Assembly (NCBI GenBank): GCA_013265495.1
Contig: MU058418.1
Span: forward strand, 954,917 to 1,018,916
DNA from: Vicugna vicugna
Lineage: Eukaryota
Length of the DNA stretch: 64,000 bases
Direction: 5' to 3'
Shown: positions 26,265 through 39,060 of the stretch, piece by piece
Layout: each line of letters begins with the position of its first letter
Numbering within the stretch: the stretch's first letter is position 1
Notes under the pieces: model-generated
What the model saw: the letters and a program-made list of their open reading frames with translations, nothing else
Database searches by the model: none
Told to the model about the DNA's origin: nothing
Program-made: the position numbers and the translations under genes

Positions 26265-29200
26265 AAAAACAAATGCCTCCCATAATTATAATTGTTTTAA
26301 AAGATCCCAGAGTTACTATATAACTAAGAGCCTACCTTCAAAAATATATATGACCAATTTGTTGAAAGAAAGACTATTCTTAATCTAATTAGAGCTCCAT
26401 TTTTTTTTTGGCAGTCATTTAAGCAAAACGTAAGTGAAGAGTCTAACCCCCAGGAGGACTTCATAAGAGCAGTATCCCCACCTGTGTCTTGGTACCAGCA
26501 TATCCAGCTGGACTACACACATTACAGAATATGTGAGTGGTGCATTTTCTTATGAACAATTCTGGGACTCTGGGCTTGCTTCCTAAAATAGGTTTCTGTT
26601 TAATTGTCTGTAAAATGGGGCTAGAGTAGTAACTACCTTATAGAATGGATGTGAGGATTAAATGAGATAAAGGAGCTCATTAAAACTTTGCAAAGTTCTG
26701 GGACATATTATGAGTCAACAAGAAGCAGTCATTGCTGTTTTGTTTTGTTATTGTTATTAGTATTATTACTATTATTGTATTTTGGGACCTTAAGTCCACT
26801 CATCACAAGACACAGAAATTTCTCACCAGCTGGCATGAGCAATTCTTAGTGATTATTTTTAAACTATGTATTTGTTCTTATTATAAAATCAAAGAAGGGA
26901 CTAGCAATTTTCAGATTCTGCAACAAAAATGATTGGAAATTCAGATTTAGCAATCATAAGATTTTATAACAGTCTATGGGTACATGAAAAAAATCCACAA
27001 AAGCATAATAGATTTAAATTTCAATAAATGATCTAGTCTGAAACATCATTTTATTAAACTTCTACAATTTTTTTAAGTTAATCTATTAAGCTTAAAATAC
27101 CAGAGGTCTTAAATTAACTTTAGGTCAGCTTTCAGCTTCTGTTATGAGTTTTTAAATTTTCTCCTTCATCTCCCACCCTCCCCACTTATCCATTTAAAAC
27201 ATGCACCTTATTTGAGTGCAATGTTTTTCACTTAGTGTGAAGTTTAACATACGTTGATAGGATACAGATTGAGTCAACAATTGTTTTGGGGTAGGTAGGA
27301 GTGTGCTGGAGGCCAAACTCTAGTCCTCCCATCTTACACAGGGAAAAGTTTAGGTAAGTGATTTATCCAGCATCACATAACCTGTTAATGGCACTTTGAA
27401 AGGAAAATCCAGGACAAGGTGCTTTTTTTGACTGCTGCTACATGAGGTCCCTCCATCATATAACACATGAACAAACAATGGACAAGCAGCAAAACATTTC
27501 CCCTAGCCATGACATCATCTATTATAAGAAAGAATAAACATAAGGAAAATGGAAAGTGCATGATTTTTAAGTGCATTCTTCCAGGTTTCAATCCAGATTT
27601 TGATCATTTATATGTTTACAAGTTTCCATTAGGTCAATATGCTTCATTAATCTTCCTGCTTGCTCTTGTGAGAAAAATCTAATGGTCAGGGAAAAGTGGG
27701 AAAGAGATGAGCAAGTAAATGATTTGCCGGAAAGATTAGAAAATCCCTGTTAGAATCAACTCTTTGTATTCACACCAACCCCTAACTATCCATCACTTTA
27801 CCCAACAAAAACAGAGAGAACAGACAGTAGCAAAGAAATAAGAGAGTCTTCTAATACCAGGCAAATGTAGAGTTAGTTATCACCCAGCTGGGCCAGAAAT
27901 AATGGATGGTAGCCTCACCGTTGCACACCATCCCTAGTATCAGTTCCTTTTCCTTTATTCTCATTACGAGTAATACCCACCTACAAGTGAGAAGATTTTC
28001 TCCCATTGTGAAGAAACTTCCCAACAACTAAGTTGGATGTTTTCTTTTCTGAAATGTTAGATCTCATGTATAGATAGAATTCTCTGTTTTAAAACTTCAT
28101 GAGGAGAGGGGCCCTGTGAAGATGAATTATTCCTCATTCTCCTCAATTTAATCCCCTCATTCAGTACCCCCTTTACCATTTCTGACTCCTGTCTTCCTTC
28201 TCTGTTCTCTCTTTCTATTTTACACTTCCATTTTATTCCTGTCAACTCTTTCCCTTCTCTTTTATCACATCAGTCTTTAGTAGTATATTTAATGTTTCTC
28301 ACCAAATTGACGAAGCTTTGATTCTGAAATTCTAAAGCCTTGATACTAAATTTACTTTGCTAAACAAAAGATAGGTTTACAGTTAAGAACTTCAAATGGT
28401 CTAGCATCCCTTCTCATACCCATTCACCAAAAAAGAAGGCTATATATCTATCTAGAGATATTTTGTAGGTCTTAATTTAGTATACATGCAATTTATGTAT
28501 ACATACACATTAAAGAATCTTCTGGATCTGTGTAAGGGTCTTTGAAGTCTCTTCTAAATGTTAATTTCTCTACTAATCCAGATGCCACTGCTCTTCGTGA
28601 CATTACAGAGAGGTCACTGAGCACCATCCTTATAACCCTCCAGAGAAGAACAATGGAATGCCAGAGCAGAACGTTTTTTTAATTATTATTACCTAACCCT
28701 TTAGTATTCTTTTTTTCTTTTCAAGAAAATCCAGTCAAGTCCTAGGAGGTCTTACCATGAATACTAATTTCTCTCTAGCTCAGTTAGTATTTACCCTCTA
28801 CGGAGAAACTTATCAATGTATCTGTGTTCACAGATTTACACATTTCCTGTTTTATATGATTATTCCCCAGAGGAAACTACCTTGAGCCTCTGCCTAAACT
28901 GATCTTTTTGGCCTTCTCATGATTTTGCAGTTTAAAGAATCACAGCTTTTACAAATGAACTTCCCTCCTGATTTAGAATTCTAAGAGCTCTAACTATAAT
29001 TAACCTGTATATAAACTATAGGGATTTGGAAGGATAACAAATGTTAGAGACTGTAGCTTTTCAAGCTATGTATTTCACAAACAACATGCCAGCTTAAATT
29101 AGAAGCTGGAAAAATATTTTAGTTTTAGCAAAGCAGATTTTTTAAGTCTGCTAATAAAAAATTCATAAATTCTGGAGGAATTAATCTAAAATATTGATAT

Positions 29201-30459
29201 TTTCCACCCAAATGCATCAGATAATCTTAATTTGTTACTATTTGGTGAGTTTTAATTTTGCTAACATGAAAACAAGTTTTTTGACACTGGAATATCTTAT
29301 TTAAACATAGTTTTATAGAGTATAAAAGCTCAGTCTTACATACTGTGCATAAGGAAAACCCATTTGTGTTTAAAATAAAAATTTCTCAAGATATTTTAGG
29401 TTCTTGCTCTGTACAATGAATTTAAAGATAATTTATGTTCTAAGTATAAAGTTGTTTGTATTTATTATAGAAACTTTGAAAAAATACAAAAGAATATAAA
29501 GAAGAAAGTAATTGATAATTCTACTATCCATACCACCACTGTTGATATTTTCATCCAGTCTCTTGACCATGCATATATTTTGAAATTCCTTGTTTAGACT
29601 TTCACTGTTCTGTTTTAAGCAATAATGCTGCATGCTGAGGCATGACTTGATTTTTAGCTATAGGGAGGAAAAACAGAAAAACCAAGAAAGAGGAACATGG
29701 AGGTTGCAGAAATCTCTTGCTTCCTTTCCTACTGACTGCTGATACTACTCCCCTATGCCTTCCTCCCTTAGAGGCATTCCCTAAAATCCTCAAATAGAAC
29801 AAAAAAAACTCCCAAATCTGAAAAGCATTATAAGTGAGCCTACTGCTATTCACTATGAAGAAAAGTCAACATTCTATATATGTGGATACCTAGGCAATTT
29901 GTGGATTTTTGCATTTCTATCATCATCATCTAAGAAATCATGAATAGCTTTTTTAAAAAGAAGAAAAAAAATCTTTTAAATCACCTGAAAACACCCTTTA
30001 AAGTCTAAAATGCATATGACCAGTATTCAGATCCCCTCGCAATGTAATAGTTATTTTCCTCAGTTTGGCTCAATTTATATTTTCAGTTTAAGACACTTAC
30101 TGAATTTTGGTAAGTTTGAGTAAATAATACAGTTTTCCAGGATAAATTGCATCATTCTTAAGGCAATTAAGTGTATTTTTCCTTTCCTGTAATTTCATAT
30201 GGGAGAACACATTTGCTACAACCTATAGTACCTATAGTAGCACTACAGGCCTATAGTAAGCACTAGACTGTGAAAACAGCACAGTCTGTCAGCCTCTTAA
30301 GAGGATGCTCAGTGTCTCCTTAGACCTACTTTCATTGAAGTCTCCAAAAATGACATCATTGTGCCCTGTGATTGTGCTATCACTTCATCACCATAAATTA
30401 TAGCGCTGACTATATGTATCTACATTTTCCCATTTCCAGCACTTTGGTGGATTAGATGC

Positions 30460-30883
30460 TGCTATGGTTAATTTTATGTGGCAGCAGGCTAGGCTGTGGT
30501 GCCCAGCATTTGGTCAAACATTAGTCTAGATGTTGCTATGAAGGTATTTCTTAGATGTGGTTAAAGTAGATTTTGAGTAAACCAGATTACCGTCATGATG
30601 TGAGTGAGCCTCATCCACTCACTTGAAGGCCTTAAGAGAAAAGACAGAGGTCCCCTGAAGAGGAAGGAATTCTGCATCCAGACCTGCTTTGGGAACTCAA
30701 AACTGTAACATCAACTCTTGCTGGAATTTCCAGGCTGCTAGCCTGTCCTGTGGATTTTGGTCTTGCCTGCCTCCACAGTCTCTTGGGCCAATTCCCTAAA
30801 ATATCTCTATAAATATAGACATACACATAATTTATAATGTAATATAATATAATCTCTTTCTCTGGAGAACTCTGACTAATAAA
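30460..30883 (+). mobile_element. ERV-L MLT2-type solo LTR
   Basis: Starts TGCTATGGTTAATTTTATGTG, ends TCTCTGGAGAACTCTGACTAAT. Flanked by GATGC/GATAC (5-bp TSD, 1 mismatch). Confidence 0.85.
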
Positions 30884-31263
30884 GATACCCTGAATGACAG
30901 TCTCAACTAAGATAACTAAAATGCTTGGTAAAATATTTTTTAAATGCGTCACTGAGCTCACACAAAAGAGAGGGATTTTCAGATCCCCAAAAGTAAGTGA
31001 AAACAGGAACACTGATAAGTAAGCATGTTCCAAAGCTAGCTTTCACTCTAACAGTTTCCATCAGACTCTGGAGACCCTGAATCTCAACTCTGGGATGATA
31101 GTCAGGGATTGCCCATGGTGGGGAACCTGCTAGGAGAATCTCTGTATAAAGATGAAAACACAAAGGGCTACATCATTAGAGTAAAGATAAATTTTTAAAA
31201 ATGCACCCTGTCCGAAAGAGGGATGCCATAGCAAGGATATTTGCCTATCCTAATGTTGATGCT

Positions 31264-31389
31264 GGAAGGAAAGAAAGAAAGAGAGAGAGAGAGAGTGAGA
31301 GAGGGAAGGAAGGAAAGAGAAAGAAAGAAAGGAAGGAAAAAGAAAGAAAGAAGGAAGGAAGGAAGGAAAGAAAGGAAGAAAGGAAGAAA

Positions 31390-31453
<64 letters not shown>

Positions 31454-31475
31454 AGAAAGAATGAACGAGAGAAAG

Positions 31476-31506
<31 letters not shown>

Positions 31507-31785
31507 AAAGAAGGAAGGAAAGAAAGAAGGAAGGAAGGAAAGAAGGAAGGAAGGAAGGAAAAAAGGAAGAAAGGAAGGAAGGAAGAAATGAAGAGAAAAA
31601 ATGAAAGGAAAGAAGGAAAAAGGGAAGAAAGAAAGAAGGAAGGAAGGAAAAGAAAGAATAGAAGGAAAGAAGGAAGGAAGAAGGAAGGAAGGAAAAGAAA
31701 GAATAGAAGGAAAGAAAGAAGGAAGGAAGAAGGAAAGAAGGGAAGAAAGAAAGGAAGGAAGGAAGGAAGGAAGGAAGGAAAGAAA
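31264..31785. repeat. Compound (GAAA)n/(GGAA)n polypurine microsatellite, ~520 bp
   Basis: Directly visible; almost no pyrimidines on the + strand. Confidence 0.99.
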
Positions 31786-32841
31786 CTTCCCTAAGAATTT
31801 GGAAGCACAACTAGGTCTCTCACAGGAGACCTTTCTATCTGAATTCATACCACCTATGTGGCTCCCCCAAATTTTAAATGCTAAAATAGAATATTTCAAT
31901 ATAAAAGAACCCTAGAGTAACTTGACCAGAAGGAGCAAATGCAGATCTTTCCTGCATAAATTCATCTTCAACTTTGGCTTCTAAGAATCCCCAGAGATAA
32001 AGTGCCAAGACAAATGAGAAGCTCCCAGAAGAAAAATATCTTAAAGCCTAGGAAGAAACATGGTACTATGAAGTGAAGAGCAAAAGAAGCAAGCAACAGA
32101 CCTCAAAAGAAGTCCTGCAAAGACATCATACTGACATTATTAGTGACCAAATACAAATTTTATATGCTTAATGAAATAAAAGGGGAGCTTGAAAATATTA
32201 GCAAGGAACAAGAAACAGGAACATCCAAGCAGATCTGATATGGAACCAAACAGTACTCTGTGAAGTGAAAAGTAAAACAATTTTTTAAATGGAAGAAGGG
32301 GTTTAAACAGCTGTTTAGACCCAACAAAAAAGAGAATCAGTGAAGTGGAAAATAGGTTTCAAGACATTTCCAGAATACAGTCCAGAAAACAAAGAGACAA
32401 AAAAATATAAAAGAGATGTTAAGAGTTTTATAACTCCTAATCAGAGTACATGAAGGAGTTAATAGAGTGTGGAGAAGGCAGTTTCCAATGAGATAAAGAG
32501 ATAATAGATGAGAATTTTCTAATATTGTTAAAGACAACAGTGCTCAGATCCAGGAAGCCAAGTTCATCCCAAGCATGATAAATAAAAGAAATTCACATTA
32601 GAACTATGGTTGTAAGAATGCAGAACTCAAAAAGGGAGGGAAAACTTTAAAAGTAAACAGAGAGGAAAGACAGATCACCTGTATATGAGCAGCCTTAGAC
32701 TGAATATTGACCTTTCAACACAGCAGCACACACACACACACACACACAGCAGAATCATATCATCAATGAGCTGAGAGAAAATGACTATGAATCAAGCATT
32801 ATATCCCCAGTGGAATGTCTTACATGAAAGAGTGTAAAATA

Positions 32842-33022
32842 GGAGGAGGGTATAGCTCAAGTGGTAGAGTGGATGCTTAGCATGCATTAGGTCCTGAGTT
32901 CAATCCCCAGTACCTTTTCTAAAAATAAATAAATCGAATTACCTCCCAGCCAAAAAAGAAAAAAGAAAAGAAAAAGAAAAAAGAAAAGTTTAAAAACAGT
33001 AAAAAGAAAAGTAAAAAAAAAA
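32842..33022 (+). mobile_element. tRNA-derived SINE (Vic-1-like)
   Basis: A and B boxes, A-rich tail. Perfect 15-bp TSD AAAGAGTGTAAAATA at 32827-32841 and 33023-33037. Confidence 0.92.
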
Positions 33023-33357
33023 AAAGAGTGTAAAATATATTTTCAATCAACCAAAATTAAGAGACTTTAACATTTGGCAGATCCTCACCAAAGAAAAATA
33101 TAACTGATGTACTTCAGAAAGAAGGAACTAATAAGCAGATATACAGATAAATCTAAATAAATGTAATTATATTAACAATAATATATAAACTGTGGGGGGA
33201 AAGGGATTAAGCTAGAATTGGATTCCAGAACTAGAAAAGGATAATATTAAAAGAATTCTAAGGTCCTCATGTTGTTTAGGAGAAAGAAAGATATTGATTA
33301 ACTTTGTTTAAGTGAAAACATTAAAATAGCCAGGCAAACACTAAAAGAAAAGAGATA

Positions 33358-34215
33358 TGACCATAAACAAAACAAAATGACAACCTACGGAATGGGAGAA
33401 AATTTTTGCAAAAGATGAAACTGACGAAGGCTTGATCTCCAGAATATATAAGCACCTTACAACTTAATAAGAAAAAAACAAACAACCCAATCCAAAAATG
33501 GGCAGAAGACCTAAACAAGCAATTCTCCAAGGAAGACATACAAATGATCAATAGGCACATGAAAAAATGTTCAATATCACTAATTATCAGAGAAGAGAAG
33601 CTCCTGGGCATATATCCAGAAGGAACCCTACTTCAAAAAGACACCTGCACCCCAATGTTCATAGCAGCACTATTTACAATAGCCAAGTCATGGAAACAGC
33701 CTAAATGTCCATCAACAGATGACTGGATAAAGAAGAAGTGGTATATTTCTACAATGGAATACTATTCAGCCATAAAAACTGACAACATAACGCCATTCAC
33801 AGCAACATGGATGTCCCTGGAGAATGTCATTCTAAGTGAAGTAAGCCAGAAAGAGAAAAAAAAATACCATATGAGATTGCGCATATGTGGAATCTAAAAA
33901 AAGAACATAAATACAAGACAGAAACAGACTCATAAACATAGAATACAAACTGGTGGTTGCCAAGGTGGAGAGGGGTGGGAAGGGATAGACTGGGAGTTCA
34001 AAATTTGTAGATACTGACAGGCATATGTAGACTAGATAAAGATTATACTGTATAGCAAAGGGAAATATATACAAGATCTTGTGGTAGCTCACAGTGAAAA
34101 AGAATGTGACAATGAATATATGTATGTTCATGTATAACTGAAAAATTGTGCTCTACACTGGAAACTGACACAACATTGTAAACTGACTATAACTCAATAA
34201 AAAAAAGTTAAAAAT
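33358..34215 (+). mobile_element. Young 5'-truncated L1 (ORF2 C-terminus, 3'UTR and tail)
   Basis: ORF 33544-33897 is the L1 ORF2 C-terminus ([25 protein letters not shown]...MEYYSAIK). Perfect 14-bp TSD AAAGAAAAGAGATA at 33344-33357 and 34216-34229. Confidence 0.95.
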
Positions 34216-35051
34216 AAAGAAAAGAGATACAAAGAATATAACTTCCAAACAGAAAATTTTCAATCAATACAAAAGGATCAAAAAAAAAGAAAGGAGAAAA
34301 AAGTAGAAATATAAAGGACAAAAAGATGGTAGTAATAAATCCAAGTACACTTACCAGTATTTTTTATAATATAAATGTACTAAAGAAGCCAGTTAAATGA
34401 TGATTGTCAGAATGAATTTTAAAAGTTACATACTGGTTTACAAGACATTCTTAAAACATAAAGTCATAGAAAGGTTGAAAGTCAAAGGATGGAAAACCAA
34501 ATATTAACAGAAGAAAGCTAATGTGGCTAAATTATTATCAGAAAAAATAGACTAGGGCCAAAGCATTACTAGAAATGAAAAGAATTGCTAACTAATTCAC
34601 CAAGAATATATGCCAAGTCTATATCTATATGTACCCACAAATCATATACTTCCTTTTTATATCAGAGAAAATCAAAGTTACTGCCATTACCATTGCTGTT
34701 CAGTATTTTATTCAAAGTCCTAACCTGTATGATAATAACAGAAAATAAATGAAAATTTTAAGGGTTAAAAAAGAAAGATTAAAAACTGTCATATTTTACA
34801 TAATATTATTGGCCACATAGAGAACTCAAAAAAAAAACCTGTAGGTAAATTATTAGAATTAATAAGAGAGGTTTTCAATCAATATACATTTCCATACAGC
34901 AAAATTATCAATAAGATAATATAATTGTAAAGGAATACCATTATATAATAGCAAAAATATAATAAATCTAGGTATAAATCTAACAAAGTTGTGCACCTCA
35001 TTTAGAGAGAAAAATTATACCTTATCAAAAAAACATTAAAGAAGACTTAGA

Positions 35052-35135
35052 GGGGTGGGTATAGCTCAGTGGCAGAGCACATGCTTAGTATGCACAAGAT
35101 CCTGGGTTAAATCCCCAGTACCTCCATTAAAAAAA
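35052..35135 (+). mobile_element. tRNA-derived SINE (Vic-1-like), short form
   Basis: GGGGTGGGTATAGCTCAGTGGCAGAG...CCTGGGTTAAATCCCCAGTACCTCC followed by an A tail. Confidence 0.9.
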
Positions 35136-38100
35136 GATAAGATTTAAATAAATGAAGAAATATCAAGTTGTTAGTAGGAAGCTTTAACAGTATGATGATG
35201 TCAGTTCTCATTATATTGATTAACTCCAGTTCTGATGAAAATTCCAACAACATTTTAAGATCACATATAGCCAAGTCTCCGTAAGAAAAAGTACAAGGTA
35301 AGGAGAATTGCCCTCTGAGTTATCAAGACTTAGCAATAAGCTGCAGTAAGTAAGACAATGGGATACTGGCAGAGGGCTAGACAAACGGACCAAAGGAATA
35401 TGATAGCGAACCTGGAAATAAATCAAGGCACATATAGAGACTTGCTTTTATAATATAGTTGGCACTAGAGATAAACAGAGAGAAGATTCAATCAATGGTA
35501 CTAAGAAAATTTATTAAACAAAAACCTTAATCAGATCCCTACCTCACACCATACACAAAAATGAATTTCAGTTGGATATTAAAGACTTAGATGTGGAAAG
35601 GCAAAATTATAAAAGTTTTGGAAAACAATTTAGGAGAACACCGTTACAACCTCACAATAGGGAAAGGTTTCTAAAATAGGAAACAAAAATATCAGCTACT
35701 GAAGGGAGATATTGATAAATTCTACCATAAAATTAATTACACAGTGGATTACTATATGACAATAAGAATGAAGGAACCACATTGTATGAATGTACCACAA
35801 TTAATTTAATACCAACATTAAACATGGTGTTGGGAGAAAAAAAAATCACTGGAGACTACATTGTTATATATATTATACAATATAATATACCCTATATTAT
35901 TTAGTGATATGTAAGTAGTAAAAGTATGAAGAAAGCAAGCAAATGAATAAAATACAATTCAGGATGATCATTATTTCTGGTGTGTGTTGGAGAAATGCAA
36001 TCCAAGAGGGCACAAAGTAGTCCCTTTACAGATACTACTGAGATTCTTTTTTATTTTTTTCAAAATGTAGCTGCTAGGATATGAGCAGTCATTTTATTTC
36101 ATTCTTTAAATAGTATAGATATATTTGTACAGTATCTTATATATATGATACAATTCACAATCAAATGTTAGATGTTATTTCTAGGACCTTGGCTAACGCC
36201 ATTCACTTATTGATTTAAATTTAGTCCATCTCTGGATTGAGTGCTCCTTCTTTTTGGCTTATGACTACTGTATTCTAGATCTGGAGCTGTCCTTGTCCCT
36301 GCTCTACCATTATCAGAAGTCAAATTTCTATACTTTTCTGGTAACCTAAGCCTGAGGATACCAAGATCATAATCCTCCCTTTCCAGCAGTGTTTGCTCAG
36401 CCAGCAAGTGTAAAAGAAAGAAATGGAGTTTAATTATAATCAGATTTCCTTGAGCTTCTTTCCTCTAGTGATGTTCATATCAAATGACTCCAAAATAATT
36501 CAAGAGAGTAATTCAAGGTCTTGAAAACTAACCAGAGTGAGTGATGGAAAGGCCTGATGCCAGTATGTCACCTCTTTCATAGGCAGACCTTATCAAAATC
36601 ACCTAATGTCTGTCTTCCTTTCAGAAGACCTTCATCTGTAAAATAGAAATGACAAACAATTGTGCTGGGTGTTCTTAAAAGCTGTGGTCATAAGCTTTCT
36701 ATTAACAGAAATTATCAATTCTGTCTAAACCTACACATTGCTGTTTTATGATTCCTTCAATGTGGAAGTTTTATCACTCTGACTCGTATTTTCTTTTTTC
36801 TTCTTAATAATGCGATATCACAGTCTTTACACCCTCACTCAGTGTTTGCTGGCTTGGACACACTCAGCATGGTCACACTTGCCAATAAGGGTCAAATATT
36901 TTTTGGTAGGCTTTAATAACTTTCATAATATTAATAAGCAAAAGAAAAATTATTTGAATTTGCAAAGGCATGAATAAACTAAAAGAAAGCATACTGAGAA
37001 TTGGTGGGGAACAATGTTGATTCCCAAATTTATCTTTTGGGAATTTAAAATACACAATGAAATGACAGCTGTTCTAGATTTCCATCAGAGATTAGCAGAT
37101 AAGTTATTATTGAAATTCAAAGTTGTGACATCTTTAGGTAAATATTTGCCCTTGATTTTCACAGCCTCTGATTCAACAGAAATCTGGAAGGGTTTACAGT
37201 CTGGCCCAGAGAAGATAGTTTTAAATCTACAGTTTTAAACTGGTGTTGAAAAGGAGCCCAGGTTGGATTCTGCCAGCAGGTCTGTCTGCTGCTGTTGCTT
37301 TTTGATGTCAGTGTCTAGGTCTTTCTGTCTCCAACCATGTTTCAGCCTGTCCTTGAAGGCTTTCTTCATCCCTCTTACTGAGCCTGCCACAGATTCAGTA
37401 TCTACCATCAGAGCTCCCCTCTCACTGTACTTACACCCTGAGCTGATGCCTTTGGAGTGTGTCTATACTAAAGCCTAGCTATTGAAGACTTCAGTTAGCA
37501 AGCCGCAGAGCACACAAGTGCCTGCAGATCCAAGAGCAGAAGCATACCCCATAAAATAAAAAGCTTGGGATATCATTTGTTAGCACATGCTCAAGCCCTC
37601 TACCCAACAAGTGACTTCCCTTACACTAACACCTAGTCCCTTCTCCCTGATGATTCACTTGGGAAACAGGTCATCAAAGAAGAATATGGCCTTTGCACTA
37701 ACAAGGACTGGGATGTCTTGTATGCAACCACTGCCAACCAAGCTTTCCACAATGTCAGTTAAAGAGCCTTCTGCACTCATTCTCCTATTTTGAAAGGAGA
37801 GAAAAAGAGGTGATGATCTCGTCCCTCCAGATGTGCTTTTCAGACCAGTGACAATATTAATCCTATGAGTTGGTTTTTTAAATTACTGCCACCTCTCCCA
37901 CCACAGTGTATCTACAAAGTAATTAGATATCTTTTTCTATATATTAAATGGGCAAGTCTACCTCATAACTTTACAGAGGGATGGTGATGCCTTTCTTTGG
38001 AACCCTCATTCTGGCACCTGGTCTCCCTCACCTGCTGATTGATTTAGAAATCTGTCTTCACAACTTGTGTGTAAATTGAAGGCAGACTCACTTTTTTCTC

Positions 38101-38329
38101 CCTCCTATCAGGACCATAGTAGTTGTTCAATAAATATCTGTTGAATAGTCACCCCCCACCCCGCCAGGTCTAGAATACTAAAGAATGTCTCTTTCCCTTC
38201 CTTCTAAATCACCTGCCTATACATCCCCGGTGCCTCCCACCCTCACCCGGGTCCTTGTCATCACCCCATCTGCTTTTCTGTGAAGTTGCTAGGCCTCCTG
38301 CAGGGATCTAGGGTCTTGCCTGGAAGGTG

Positions 38330-39060
38330 GGTGTGGCCGGAGGTGGCAGCGGAGACAGGGACAGGGACGCCACACGCGCGTCCCTTCCCACTCCCGGGCT
38401 ACCGCACGCCCCTCTCCCTCCAGCCTCACCCACTATCCCCCCATTCTTGCAAGGCGGGGGAGAAAGAGGAGAATCTTGGCCGCGGCCCCCCTCCCCCGCC
38501 TTATAAAAAAGAAATTGACTTTTGTTTGGAGTTTGTGAAAAGTGGGGCTCGGGGCCCAGTCAATGGGGCGCCCTGCGGTGCGGGCTGAGTGGAGCTAGCG
38601 CGAATCGCTCAGCCGCGGCCCCAATTAATCCGCCCTTTGTGCGGCCCGCCGGGCCGCCCCCGCCGCAGCAGCACCAGCGGCCCATTGTTCGGCCTCTCGG
38701 GGCCGCGGGATTTACCCTTTTCAAACAGCCGGTTTTGTCCACGGCAGTTCGAGCGGAAGTTTCTCACTGACAATTTGCCCCAAATAGATAGATTTGTCAG
38801 AAGCGACCTTCGGGAAGGAAGCAAAAAGCCACCGGCCTGAAGGTTGGGCGGGAGACTCGACATCCCACCCGCGGCCGCGCCGCCCTCCGTGCCCCCAGTC
38901 CGGCAGCCCCGAAACTCCTTAGGGGTCCCCGATCCCCCGCACCTGCTGAGCCAGACACTTCGCGGACCTGATCTCCGTTTACCCATCTGTAAAATGGGAC
39001 AGCTTGGCGCTTTCAAGCCGTAAGTCCAGAGCTTTGGGTCAATTAATGTGTACAACGTTC
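38330..39060. promoter_or_regulatory. CpG island ~9 kb upstream of the NR2E1 ATG
   Basis: Very high CpG density, with a GC box, TATAAAA and SOX motifs. Confidence 0.8.

Larger units (their letters stand above)
31990..36170 (+). mobile_element. Highly degraded ancient L1 (ORF1/ORF2/3'UTR remnants) hosting younger insertions
   Basis: A-rich + strand with L1 motifs (GATCCCTACCTCACACCATACACAAAAATGAATTTCA; TATTAGAATTAATAAGAGAG). Boundaries approximate. Confidence 0.7.

Noticed and set aside
30222..30258. CCTATAGTA three times
   Set aside because: Short slippage-type duplication with no sign of function.
31195..31915. Lys/Glu/Arg-rich and Phe/Ser/Leu-rich ORFs
   Set aside because: Translations of the GAAA/GGAA microsatellite.
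33544..33897. 117-aa ORF with real protein similarity
   Set aside because: L1 ORF2 C-terminal fragment, not a host gene.
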